Assembly (NCBI GenBank): GCA_963807605.1
Contig: CAWECG010000004.1
Span: 352,001 to 416,000, forward strand
Length of the DNA: 64,000 nucleotides
Direction: 5' to 3'
Source: Candidatus Bathyarchaeota archaeon
Lineage (GTDB): Archaea; Thermoproteota; Bathyarchaeia; 40CM-2-53-6; RBG-13-38-9
Shown: positions 18,774-27,435 of the stretch, piece after piece
How positions within the stretch are numbered: the first letter of the stretch is position 1
Layout of the letters: every line of letters starts with the position of its first letter
Made by a program: the position numbers and the translations under genes
Notes under the pieces: generated by a model
Seen by the model: only the letters and a program-made list of their open reading frames with translations
Database searches by the model: none
Told to the model about the DNA's origin: nothing

Positions 18774-19616
18774 TCATCTGAGAGCTTTCATGACCTCTGC
18801 GTACAATTCATCGGTGACCGAAGTGAAGTGTACTCGGCCTTCAAGTGACGGAACACCTTTGCCCTTAATTGTGTGCGCTATGATGATGCTAGGCTTGCTC
18901 GTGACTTCTTTAGCTCTGTCGAGAGCCTCCAGTATCTGACCCATATTGTGACCATTCGTCTCTGACACGTTCCAAGAGAAGCTTCTCCATTTTTCTGCGA
19001 GCGGTTCTATGTTCATCGTCTCAGCCACGGCACCAGTAGACTGGTATTCGTTTCTGTCAAGGATCGCGATTAAATTATCCAACTTGTAATGGGCGGCGGC
19101 CATCGCGGCCTCCCAAATCTGACCTTCATCACATTCACCGTCACCGATTATGCAGTAGACCCGGTATCTGTAAAGTTGCCTTCCAGAAGGATCCTTTGGA
19201 AAACCTATCCTAGCAGCGAGAGCGTTGCCCACAGCAAAGGAAAGCCCTGTGCCAAGTGACCCGCCTGAATAGTCCACGCCTGGTGTTGTCCTCTGACTGT
19301 GGGCTTGTAGGACTCCTCCGAACCTGCCATAAGACGTGAAATGTTTCTTGGGAAAGTAGCCAGCCTCTCCCAGAGCCGCATAATGCATCTCGCAGCAGTG
19401 AGCCTTCGACAGGATCAGTCTGTCTCTATTCGGCCATTTTGGGTTCTTAGGATCGTGTTTCATGTGGTGGAAGAATAGCGCCGTAATTATCTCAGCTTCT
19501 GAGAAGGATCCTCCTATCCACCCTTTGCCAGCGCTCTTCATCATTTCGATTGAGTGTCTTCGGAGGATCTTGGCCTTTGCTTCCAGTTCTTGTATTAACC
19601 TAGTATCATGCGACAT
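18774..19616 (-). CDS. Transketolase-like protein, N-terminal ThDP-binding subunit
   Basis: RDRLILSK.H, GSLG.G, GDGE.DEGQIWEA...N, HT.KGKG. Confidence 0.92.
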   Translation of the reverse strand: MSHDTRLIQELEAKAKILRRHSIEMMKSAGKGWIGGSFSEAEIITALFFHHMKHDPKNPKWPNRDRLILSKAHCCEMHYAALGEAGYFPKKHFTSYGRFGGVLQAHSQRTTPGVDYSGGSLGTGLSFAVGNALAARIGFPKDPSGRQLYRYRVYCIIGDGECDEGQIWEAAMAAAHYKLDNLIAILDRNEYQSTGAVAETMNIEPLAEKWRSFSWNVSETNGHNMGQILEALDRAKEVTSKPSIIIAHTIKGKGVPSLEGRVHFTSVTDELYAEVMKALR

Positions 19617-19685
19617 GGCCTATTCTTCTCTGAGAATTATTGCCAGAAACGATACTTCTCATGGATGGTAGATGAATCAAGCGTC

Positions 19686-20156
19686 TTACCTCCCAATCGG
19701 AAGTTTAATCTGTATTCCGCCAGCCACTTCATCCTTGTGCTTAGCGACATCGCATCCTTTGATTTCTGCTAGGAAGAGTTCAAGTGTTGTGTACACGATC
19801 GCTCTGTCCAAGTGGCCTCCGATAACGTTTCCATCATAGGTTCCCAAAGTGACGTGAAGATGAGGGATGAGCTGGTCACCCATGGGCAGGATATTCCCCT
19901 CCATTGTTAGAACCTCAAACGGACCTGTCTTCTTTATCACTGTGATCTTGTCTTGACCGAATGGAAGCTTTGAATCTGGTTTCACACCGAAGAAGCTTGC
20001 TTCGTAAACGCTCCCGATGGCTGAAAGAATAACCGCACGCTTGAAAGCATTCTCAGACATTACTTCTTCCAGTTTCTGACGAAGCTCCTCCTTTGGTCTC
20101 ATTCTCACGATCAGGACGTTGCTAAGATCGACCCTCTCAAAATACTTCATATTCAT
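19686..20156 (-). CDS. PPC/DUF296 domain protein
   Basis: SAIGSV, FEVL.MEGNI, HLHV, GGHL. Confidence 0.88.
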   Translation of the reverse strand: MNMKYFERVDLSNVLIVRMRPKEELRQKLEEVMSENAFKRAVILSAIGSVYEASFFGVKPDSKLPFGQDKITVIKKTGPFEVLTMEGNILPMGDQLIPHLHVTLGTYDGNVIGGHLDRAIVYTTLELFLAEIKGCDVAKHKDEVAGGIQIKLPIGR

Positions 20157-20359
20157 TTGTCGACTACCTGCGTCCCGGAGATTGACGGATGTGTTTGGCT
20201 AGATTGGCGGCTTAAGTGTTGCTAACTTGCTTGAAGAGTATTGCTCTTCTTTTTCAGGCTCAGAAATTCTCCAGGACAGAGAGCAAGCCGAGATTCCCAG
20301 CTGGAAGAGTATTCGGATCGTCGCCTAGCGACGAACCCAACTTAGACGTGGTCAGTTAC

Positions 20360-21202
20360 TCATTGAGGGCTGCGCGGTTTCTCCAAGAGCTTCCTCTTAA
20401 GAAGAGGCAAACCTTCGTCGTTGTGAGGTCTTCTTGCTAGTACGTCGAGGCTTTTCTCGATTTCACGGGCTTCATCAACAAGTCGTGCAGCGGCTCGGAT
20501 GATTTCGTGACCTGAGCAGACGAGCTGGACGTATCTTTCCCAATCTTTCTCGACGAAGCATCCTTCGTAATTCACATCTCCGGCACGCCGGGCCATTTCG
20601 TACGCTGAGGCAGCCTTCACCTTGGCGTAGGGATTTTGGAAACCAGCAGCCTCAGTAGCCCTGTCCTTTCCGACAGTGATTTTGGGCATTTCAGGTTTGA
20701 CTCCTTTCTTTATTGCTTCAATGAGCTTGTCGATCTCAGAGCGTAGCACGTCGAAGACGCCTGTAACCGCCAAGATCTTGATTATGTCGGAGTTGAAACA
20801 TGCCATCTCTACGGGGTCGAGGAATTCTCTTCTGGCCCCAATCATAACGTCGCCTTCCACGATTATGTATCCAAGTCCGGCCTCCTCAATGACCTTAGTC
20901 GCTTTCTTGGCAGGGTTATCTGACACTATGACAGTTGGAATTCCACTGACTTTGAATATCTCTCTAGCTTTCGCCGGCCCCGGTAGTGCGGCATTTGGCG
21001 AAGTGAAGATCAAAAGATCAGGCTTAGAACCCACCACCGCGTTTGCAATCGCTACGCAACTATCCGGATCCATCTTCGAACCTGAGCCAAATACTCTCAC
21101 TTCGATGTCGTTCCTCTCGGCTCTTTCGTCAAGTAGGAACTCTAGGACAGGACTGGAACCAATGTTTCCAACTTTTCCGAAGCCAATTTTGACTTTGCTC
21201 AA
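20360..21202 (-). CDS. mtd: F420-dependent methylene-H4MPT dehydrogenase
   Basis: GNIG, LLDERAER, SPNAALPGP, MIGARREFLDP.EM. Confidence 0.96.
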   Translation of the reverse strand: MSKVKIGFGKVGNIGSSPVLEFLLDERAERNDIEVRVFGSGSKMDPDSCVAIANAVVGSKPDLLIFTSPNAALPGPAKAREIFKVSGIPTVIVSDNPAKKATKVIEEAGLGYIIVEGDVMIGARREFLDPVEMACFNSDIIKILAVTGVFDVLRSEIDKLIEAIKKGVKPEMPKITVGKDRATEAAGFQNPYAKVKAASAYEMARRAGDVNYEGCFVEKDWERYVQLVCSGHEIIRAAARLVDEAREIEKSLDVLARRPHNDEGLPLLKRKLLEKPRSPQ

Positions 21203-21321
21203 ACTGACATCTCCCGGAGAAGAAATGTGATCGATCTGATTTCCAATATAATTCTATCCATTACGCTCACGTGTGGGAGCAGTGATGGCAAGCTTTAAGG
21301 CAATAAGGTCCGATTCAGACC

Positions 21322-22230
21322 GTGAAGTGGGAAAATTTGGGGTCGGTCGAGATAGAAGACACCTTTGCCGAAGCATTCCCAATGATAGTCGGAAGAATCC
21401 TGATTACCGCAGAGAATGAGAAATGGGCTCACATCTCTGCAAATAGCGCAACGGGATTTGCTTCCTCGATAATAATGTCTCCAGCCGAAGCAGGTATTGA
21501 GGGCGTATCTGTACCGCCGAACAAGACCCCAGATGGAAGACCGGGTGTGAACATACAAATCTGGCATAGAACCGGCCACGAATTCAAGTCTCAAATGCTT
21601 TCACGAATAGGGCAATGCATCCTGACATGCCCGACAACCGCTGCATTTGACTCCATCTATGGCGCCAAGAAGAGGCTGAAGATAGGCAGGGCAATTCGAC
21701 TCTTCGGAGACGGATATCAGAAGAAGGACACTCTTGGAGACAAGATCATCTGGCGAATCCCTGTCATGGAAGGCGAATTCATCATAGAAGACAAATTCGG
21801 CGTCAGACGAGGAGTAGCCGGCGGCAACTTCCTCATAATGGCCGACACGCTCAAGCACTGTCTCAGCGCAGCGGAGAATGCTGTAGCCGCTATTAGATCA
21901 GTAGAAGGTGTCGTTGTACCCTTCCCTGGTGGAATCTGCCGCTCAGGTTCAAAAGTGGGCTCAAACAAGTACAAGCTACCGGCATCCACCAACCATCCCT
22001 TCTGCCCAACATTGCGTGGAATTGTGGCTGACTCCAAAGTCCCTGAGGGTGTTAACAGCGTCTACGAAGTGATTTTGAACGGAATAGATCTCGCCTCTGT
22101 CAGAAGGGGTATGGCTGAAGGCGTAAAAGCTGCGTCTACCGCTGAGGGCGTGGTCAAGATAACGGCCGTAAACTTTGGAGGAAAACTAGGCCCATATAAG
22201 ATATCACTGCGGGAAGTCTTGACCAGCTGA
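21322..22230 (+). CDS. ftr: Formylmethanofuran:H4MPT formyltransferase
   Basis: IEDTFAEAF, TPDGRPG, QCILTCPT, GGNF, SGSKVGS, NFGGKLG. Confidence 0.96.
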   Translation: MKWENLGSVEIEDTFAEAFPMIVGRILITAENEKWAHISANSATGFASSIIMSPAEAGIEGVSVPPNKTPDGRPGVNIQIWHRTGHEFKSQMLSRIGQCILTCPTTAAFDSIYGAKKRLKIGRAIRLFGDGYQKKDTLGDKIIWRIPVMEGEFIIEDKFGVRRGVAGGNFLIMADTLKHCLSAAENAVAAIRSVEGVVVPFPGGICRSGSKVGSNKYKLPASTNHPFCPTLRGIVADSKVPEGVNSVYEVILNGIDLASVRRGMAEGVKAASTAEGVVKITAVNFGGKLGPYKISLREVLTS

Positions 22231-22261
22231 CTGCAACTTCCAAGCTCTTTTCTACGTCCGG

Positions 22262-23320
22262 CTAAGTGGCCACTTTGATGTACTCTTCTCCTCCACTTTC
22301 AAGTGAGCCTACAACTATTCTGTGATGGAAGGACCTATCGAGAGTATTCTCAACTCTCTCCAGTTTCCCGCGAACGAGTATCTTCTCCTCTTCAAAGGCT
22401 ACATCACCGTAATCCCTGTCGTAACTCACAATCTCATCAATATCTTTGACATCATTTCCACGTTTGACTTTCACATTAGAAACCAGGTACTTTGCGGGAA
22501 CGAAGATGCTTTCAGAAGCATCTGTAACAATTGCATGAGCCTCCACCATTCCAAGTGGGAAATATCGGTACTGTCCATACCTTTCACGGAGATCATCTGG
22601 CTCAAGGACAGGATTCACCGAGAAGGGAGTTCCCATAAAGGATCCACGATTCCACTTCCTCTCGTAGAAGAGTCTGGACTGCTCCTTATTCATGAAACGG
22701 AGTCTTGCCTGTCTGGCAGGTGTTGGCATCTCATCTCCCGAGATTCTCTTGATGTGAGGATCTTGACCATTGAAGAGTTCAGGCAAGGTTCTTCTAACTA
22801 TCAACCCATTCTTCTTGCCGTAAGTTGTTAGGTCTATGTCTGAAAACTTCAGTTGATGAACATCGACTAGCAAAGATCCCGTCACGCCAAACTTGCCCAG
22901 TTGAACTCCGCTTCTCTTTGAGAGAGTGATAGCCAAGTTCACTGCCTTTCTCTGAAGCTGATCCACATCAGTGCTCATGCTAAGGCATCTCAGCTTTTCC
23001 TCAGGAAGGTAGTGATTCTTGATGGATTTAGTGGCGACCGCAGTAAATGAGATGCCGAGCAACTCATCTTCGTAAAGGTAGTGTGGGTACCTTGACGTAA
23101 GTAACTCAATAGTCTCCTTCAGGTGGGGGATGTCATAGTATTTTATGGCTCTCTCGAACTTTACGCCAGTTCGTGCCCACTTTCCGTTAGGACTTGGATA
23201 ATACTTCAGATAAGCAATGACTCGATCTTCGGGGTGGATGTTTCCAACGACCGTGAATAATAGGCCCTCTGTTGTTTCTAGGCAATCTCGATCTCGAAAG
23301 TCGTTTCGTCGGTTTCTCAC
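22262..23320 (-). CDS. Uncharacterised archaeal Pol-beta-superfamily nucleotidyltransferase (COG1665-like)
   Basis: HP...V.AYLKY N-terminus, GVTGS-x10-SDID signature, C-terminal OB-like VRGKLE. Confidence 0.8.
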   Translation of the reverse strand: MRNRRNDFRDRDCLETTEGLLFTVVGNIHPEDRVIAYLKYYPSPNGKWARTGVKFERAIKYYDIPHLKETIELLTSRYPHYLYEDELLGISFTAVATKSIKNHYLPEEKLRCLSMSTDVDQLQRKAVNLAITLSKRSGVQLGKFGVTGSLLVDVHQLKFSDIDLTTYGKKNGLIVRRTLPELFNGQDPHIKRISGDEMPTPARQARLRFMNKEQSRLFYERKWNRGSFMGTPFSVNPVLEPDDLRERYGQYRYFPLGMVEAHAIVTDASESIFVPAKYLVSNVKVKRGNDVKDIDEIVSYDRDYGDVAFEEEKILVRGKLERVENTLDRSFHHRIVVGSLESGGEEYIKVAT

Positions 23321-23416
23321 GTCGTTTGCTCCTCCGTTAGTGTGCTTGGGCTGAATTGTTGACTTCGGGAATGCAACTTTAGGTTTAGATATAGATGTGA
23401 CGGTCTAGGTTAACTC

Positions 23417-24370
23417 ATGGAGTCTACAGAGCCTAATGTTGTAGAGTACGTTTCCAGCTGCGTTCAGTTAGCGACGTTATTGGAGGTCAGCGCCTATCCG
23501 AAGCCGGGTAATGTGCATCGGACTGCTGATTTTGACGATACCAAGTATGAACATTTCTTGGCCTCTTCAATAGCTATAGGGGGTGCTGTGAGAGGTGCTA
23601 CACGCAGAGGAATCGAGGCATTATCCAGCAGAATCAGTTTCGAACAAGTTGGTGTTGGAAAATTCATAGCCGATGCCGTAGCCGCTATGATGGCATGGCA
23701 GCACGGAGGAAATACCAGCCTAGGAGCTATACTCCTGTTGATGCCGATCGCCGTCGCTGCAGGCTATGTGTGGTCGGGAAAATCACCTAACGCTGAGAAA
23801 CTGAGAAATGTAGTTTCTAAGGTGACTCGGTCGACTACCTCTGAAGATGCAAACAATGTGTATGACGCGATCAGGATGGCTGGAGCAGGTGGTTTAGGAA
23901 CCGTCAAAAGATTTGACGTAACCATCGAGAGTTCGCGTAGCGAGATAATCAATTCGGGCACCTCATTGCTGCAGATATTCCAGCTCTCTTCGACATATGA
24001 TTCAATCTCTTCAGAGTGGGTCCAAGACTTCAATATAACATTCGGAACAGGCTACCCCTATTTCATCAGCCAAATCAAGCAGACAAATGACTGCAATATC
24101 GCCACAGTACATACTTTTCTCAGGATCCTATCAACGACCCCTGACACCCTGATAGCAAGAAGAGCAGGCAGACAAAGGGCCGAAGAAGTATCGAAACTGG
24201 CAGAACAGGCACTATCAATGGGTGGTCTAACATCGGCTTCCGGAAGAAACAGGCTCGCACAATTGGATCAAACGCTCAGGTCCGGGAGTCATAAGCTCAA
24301 CCCCGGAACTACAGCAGACCTTACCGCTTCATCGTTGGCTGTAGCGATCCTTGAAGGATACAGACCCTAA
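23417..24370 (+). CDS. citG: Archaeal CitG/MdcB-family triphosphoribosyltransferase
   Basis: LEVSA.PKPGNVH, NTSLG..LL..P, PDTLI.R, NPGTTADL. Confidence 0.9.
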   Translation: MESTEPNVVEYVSSCVQLATLLEVSAYPKPGNVHRTADFDDTKYEHFLASSIAIGGAVRGATRRGIEALSSRISFEQVGVGKFIADAVAAMMAWQHGGNTSLGAILLLMPIAVAAGYVWSGKSPNAEKLRNVVSKVTRSTTSEDANNVYDAIRMAGAGGLGTVKRFDVTIESSRSEIINSGTSLLQIFQLSSTYDSISSEWVQDFNITFGTGYPYFISQIKQTNDCNIATVHTFLRILSTTPDTLIARRAGRQRAEEVSKLAEQALSMGGLTSASGRNRLAQLDQTLRSGSHKLNPGTTADLTASSLAVAILEGYRP

Positions 24371-24387
24371 TCTACGTGGCGATATGA

Positions 24388-25230
24388 CTACTGTCTACGC
24401 GCGCGTACAATTGTTATCGGGTAGTGTGGCACACTTTCCAGCATCTCCCAGCTAACTCCGGTAATGCTAACGCCAAAGCGTCTGGCCATCTCCCAGATTG
24501 TCTTTCCGGCTCCGTCGCCTCTAGCAATATTCGATGCGGCAGCTATTCGGAGGGCCCTATCGGGATTGTTCTTCGACAGTGTAAAAGCAATAGGAGTCGA
24601 TCGTGATCTCAGTTTAAGAAATCTTCCAGCGGTGAAGGCCACAGGACCGAGACACCTGATTCCCTTTATCGCACTCTGCCTTGGAGACATATGGAAGTTG
24701 TAGAAACTATAGGTCTTGTCTGAGTCGGATATCATGACATCAACATCTAGGCCTGACGCTTTTCTAATATGTGCCTTAATCGCTTCAGCGACCTCAGTCG
24801 GACTTGACAAGGGGATGCAGGCATAGGCGTGTGGAACATTGCTAACATCTATTCCGCCCTCAGAGCCGTGTCTAAGTGCTTGCCACGGACCGGCGTAGAC
24901 TAAGGCCAGCTGCTTGTGGGCAGCACCCTCGATGATGGGGTAGCTCCTCAAACTTTCAATATTCGTTTGGCTCATCCTAGAAACTGGCGCCAGAAAATAT
25001 CCCCAGACTTTGCGCATCCAGAAATTTGCGAGTAGCCTAGCAGAGAATGAAGGCGTAATTCTAGATTCGTCGCAAATCCTGCCAGAAGCCATGGCAATCG
25101 CCTTCTCAGAGACGACTATTACATCGCCGTCTTGCGCACGATCCCGAACGAGTCTTGTTATTGTCTCTCTGTAATCTGTTCCAGGCTTCCAGTATCTTGA
25201 GCGCACTGCTAAGGTCCGATACTTCGACAA
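24388..25230 (-). CDS. CofE-like gamma-glutamyl ligase paralog
   Basis: DGDVIVVSEK, GGIDVSN, VMISDSD, RG.GAG; distinct from the canonical cofE at 59162. Confidence 0.75.
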   Translation of the reverse strand: MSKYRTLAVRSRYWKPGTDYRETITRLVRDRAQDGDVIVVSEKAIAMASGRICDESRITPSFSARLLANFWMRKVWGYFLAPVSRMSQTNIESLRSYPIIEGAAHKQLALVYAGPWQALRHGSEGGIDVSNVPHAYACIPLSSPTEVAEAIKAHIRKASGLDVDVMISDSDKTYSFYNFHMSPRQSAIKGIRCLGPVAFTAGRFLKLRSRSTPIAFTLSKNNPDRALRIAAASNIARGDGAGKTIWEMARRFGVSITGVSWEMLESVPHYPITIVRARRQ

Positions 25231-25350
25231 CCTGACACGTCCTTCCTCATTTCAAGCACGTAGTGTCTTCCAAGGTTTTTTCAACTATCAAGATGAAGCA
25301 AAAAACTAGACTTATAGGCATGTTGACGAAGGAACCTTCGGTTTACCTTC

Positions 25351-26226
25351 ATGAAAGTTGGACTGCTTACACGAAACAAAGACGCCTGGTGTTCTCAACA
25401 ACTTAGAAAATCATTTCAAAAGAGAAACGTCGATGCTGTATGCTTCAGCTTCAGCGATCTTGCAGCGAGAGTACGTCTGACACCGACGGTCGATTTTCGC
25501 GGATTAGATCTGGTGGCAGAGCTAAGCGCTTTGTTGGTCAGACCGATAGGCAGAGGTTCGCTTGAAGAGATAATCTTCAGGCTTGACATGCTGCAAAGAC
25601 TAGCCAGGACAGGGATGGCTGTAATTAACCATCCATCATCAATAGAGAAGGCTGCAGACAAATACAACACACTGGCAATCATGTCAAAGGAAGGCATATC
25701 CGTTCCGAAGACGGTCGTCACCGAGAACGTTTCAGAAGCCATGAACGCGTTCAGGAATTTCGGATGCGACGCAATAGTGAAACCTATCTTCGGGTCCAGG
25801 GGGATTGGTGCAGCAAGAATTTCTGATGCTGACGTTGCTGAGAGGGTATTTAGAACACTCCGGTTCAACAGACAGGTCCTCTATGTTCAGGAATATGTCG
25901 AGCATGGAACCTCCGATATAAGAGCCTTTGTAGTAGGTGACAAAGTGGTTGCCTCTATGCGTCGCGTAGCAAGATCTTGGAAAACAAATGTCAGTTTGGG
26001 TGCAAAGGCGGTAGCGATGGGACCCTCAAGAGACCTTGAGGAGCTCGCCGTGAAGACAGCCAAATCCATCGGATGTGATATTGCTGGTGTCGACTTGATC
26101 GATGAAGGTCCTCAGCCAATTGTATTGGAGATAAACTCCCAGCCGGGTTGGCGAGGTCTTCAAACGACTACGGATAAATCAATTTCAGACCTAATAGTTG
26201 ATCTGGTGATATCACGCGCAAGATGA
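25351..26226 (+). CDS. RimK-family ATP-grasp alpha-L-glutamate ligase (MptN-like)
   Basis: GSLEEIIFR.D.L, VKPIFGSRG.G, DIRAFVVG, WKTN, LEINSQPGW.GL. Confidence 0.88.
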   Translation: MKVGLLTRNKDAWCSQQLRKSFQKRNVDAVCFSFSDLAARVRLTPTVDFRGLDLVAELSALLVRPIGRGSLEEIIFRLDMLQRLARTGMAVINHPSSIEKAADKYNTLAIMSKEGISVPKTVVTENVSEAMNAFRNFGCDAIVKPIFGSRGIGAARISDADVAERVFRTLRFNRQVLYVQEYVEHGTSDIRAFVVGDKVVASMRRVARSWKTNVSLGAKAVAMGPSRDLEELAVKTAKSIGCDIAGVDLIDEGPQPIVLEINSQPGWRGLQTTTDKSISDLIVDLVISRAR

Positions 26227-26246
26227 GCTACTGGTCGGCCTTCGCA

Positions 26247-27035
26247 CTACTTGAGATCGAGCAGCCCTAACTTCTGAGTAATATCGCGCATCGCCTTGAA
26301 AGCTTCAGAATCTCTCGGTAGATCAAGAAGCGGTTTGCCAGTTGTGTTGAAAGATGCTATGTCAGCGTCATTTGGAATTAGACCTGCAAGTTCAAAACCC
26401 ATCTCCGCCGCCTTAGCCGTCAGTTCCTTCTCGGACTCCGCGGGAAACTGGTTTCCGACCAAACACATCTTCTTGAACCCTATGTGGACCTCCTTTGCGA
26501 GCTCTCTGATTCTGGATGCTGTCTGAAACCCCATCCTAGACGGGTCAGTTACCACCAACATAATGTCCACATCTCGATCGGTTCTTCTGCTGACGTGTTC
26601 TAGACCGGCTTCCATATCCATTATAGTAAGGTCATAGTTCCTAGAGATCGAGTCGATTATAGAAGCCAGAAGATAGTTTACGCTGCAGTAGCATCCCTCG
26701 CCCTCAGATCTCCCCATCGCAAGTAAGTCAAAACTTGAGCTTTCGACGAGGATACTGTGTATCTGCCCTTCTAAGACCTCCTTCTTTGTTACACTGACCG
26801 GGATCTCGCTCCGCTCAAGCTTCTTCTTCAGATCACTCTCGACCATGCCGACAGTCTTGTCAATCCTTACCCCCAACACATCCGGGAGGTTCGTAGCAGG
26901 ATCAGCGTCTATAACCAGGATACTCTTGTGGTCATTTTCAATCAGATTCTTCAGCATAAGTGCAGCGGCCGTAGTCTTTCCTGATCCTCCTTTACCAGAG
27001 ATCGATAATACGAGTTTCTGATTCAAATGCTGCAA
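26247..27035 (-). CDS. cooC: Second CooC/AcsF-type nickel-insertion ATPase
   Basis: GKGGSGKT, DADP, EGEGCYC, DMEAGLEH.SR; divergent from cdhC. Confidence 0.92.
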   Translation of the reverse strand: MQHLNQKLVLSISGKGGSGKTTAAALMLKNLIENDHKSILVIDADPATNLPDVLGVRIDKTVGMVESDLKKKLERSEIPVSVTKKEVLEGQIHSILVESSSFDLLAMGRSEGEGCYCSVNYLLASIIDSISRNYDLTIMDMEAGLEHVSRRTDRDVDIMLVVTDPSRMGFQTASRIRELAKEVHIGFKKMCLVGNQFPAESEKELTAKAAEMGFELAGLIPNDADIASFNTTGKPLLDLPRDSEAFKAMRDITQKLGLLDLK

Positions 27036-27128
27036 CTTCCTTGTTTGAGAATGATCAAGGTCTGAATTAATGTTTCCTTCGTAGGGCGAACGCTACGTAA
27101 TTGGTCTGGCTTGAAATAAGCTAGTGAG

Positions 27129-27169
27129 TGCATTCAAATTCTGGCGAGAGAACCTCAATTTGAACTGCA
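27129..27169. promoter_or_regulatory. Inverted repeat in the cooC/cdhC divergent intergenic region
   Basis: TGCA-TTCAAATT-N16-AATTTGAA-C-TGCA. Confidence 0.4.
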
Positions 27170-27435
27170 TGTTGATTTAAAATCCTAACCGAAGCCTATT
27201 CTGGTTAAGTTTGTCCTTTCCTACAAATCAAAGATTGAGGCATAAAACGCCCGCGTCTTTTACCCAAACAATAAATATCACTCGTTTCGTTCTTGTAGCA
27301 ATGGCACCATCACAGTGGAAGCTTTTGAATTCTTTCTTCCGTTGCGATGCACATTCCATACGCTGTCCTCATTTCACGGATGATTTTGCTGGAAGAGTCA
27401 GCTCTTGTCCCAGGGTGAGGTTGGAGGGATAAATA

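Noticed and set aside
23417-24370. Citrate lyase or malonate decarboxylase system
   Set aside because: No ACP or lyase subunits nearby; archaeal-type CitG in a C1 context
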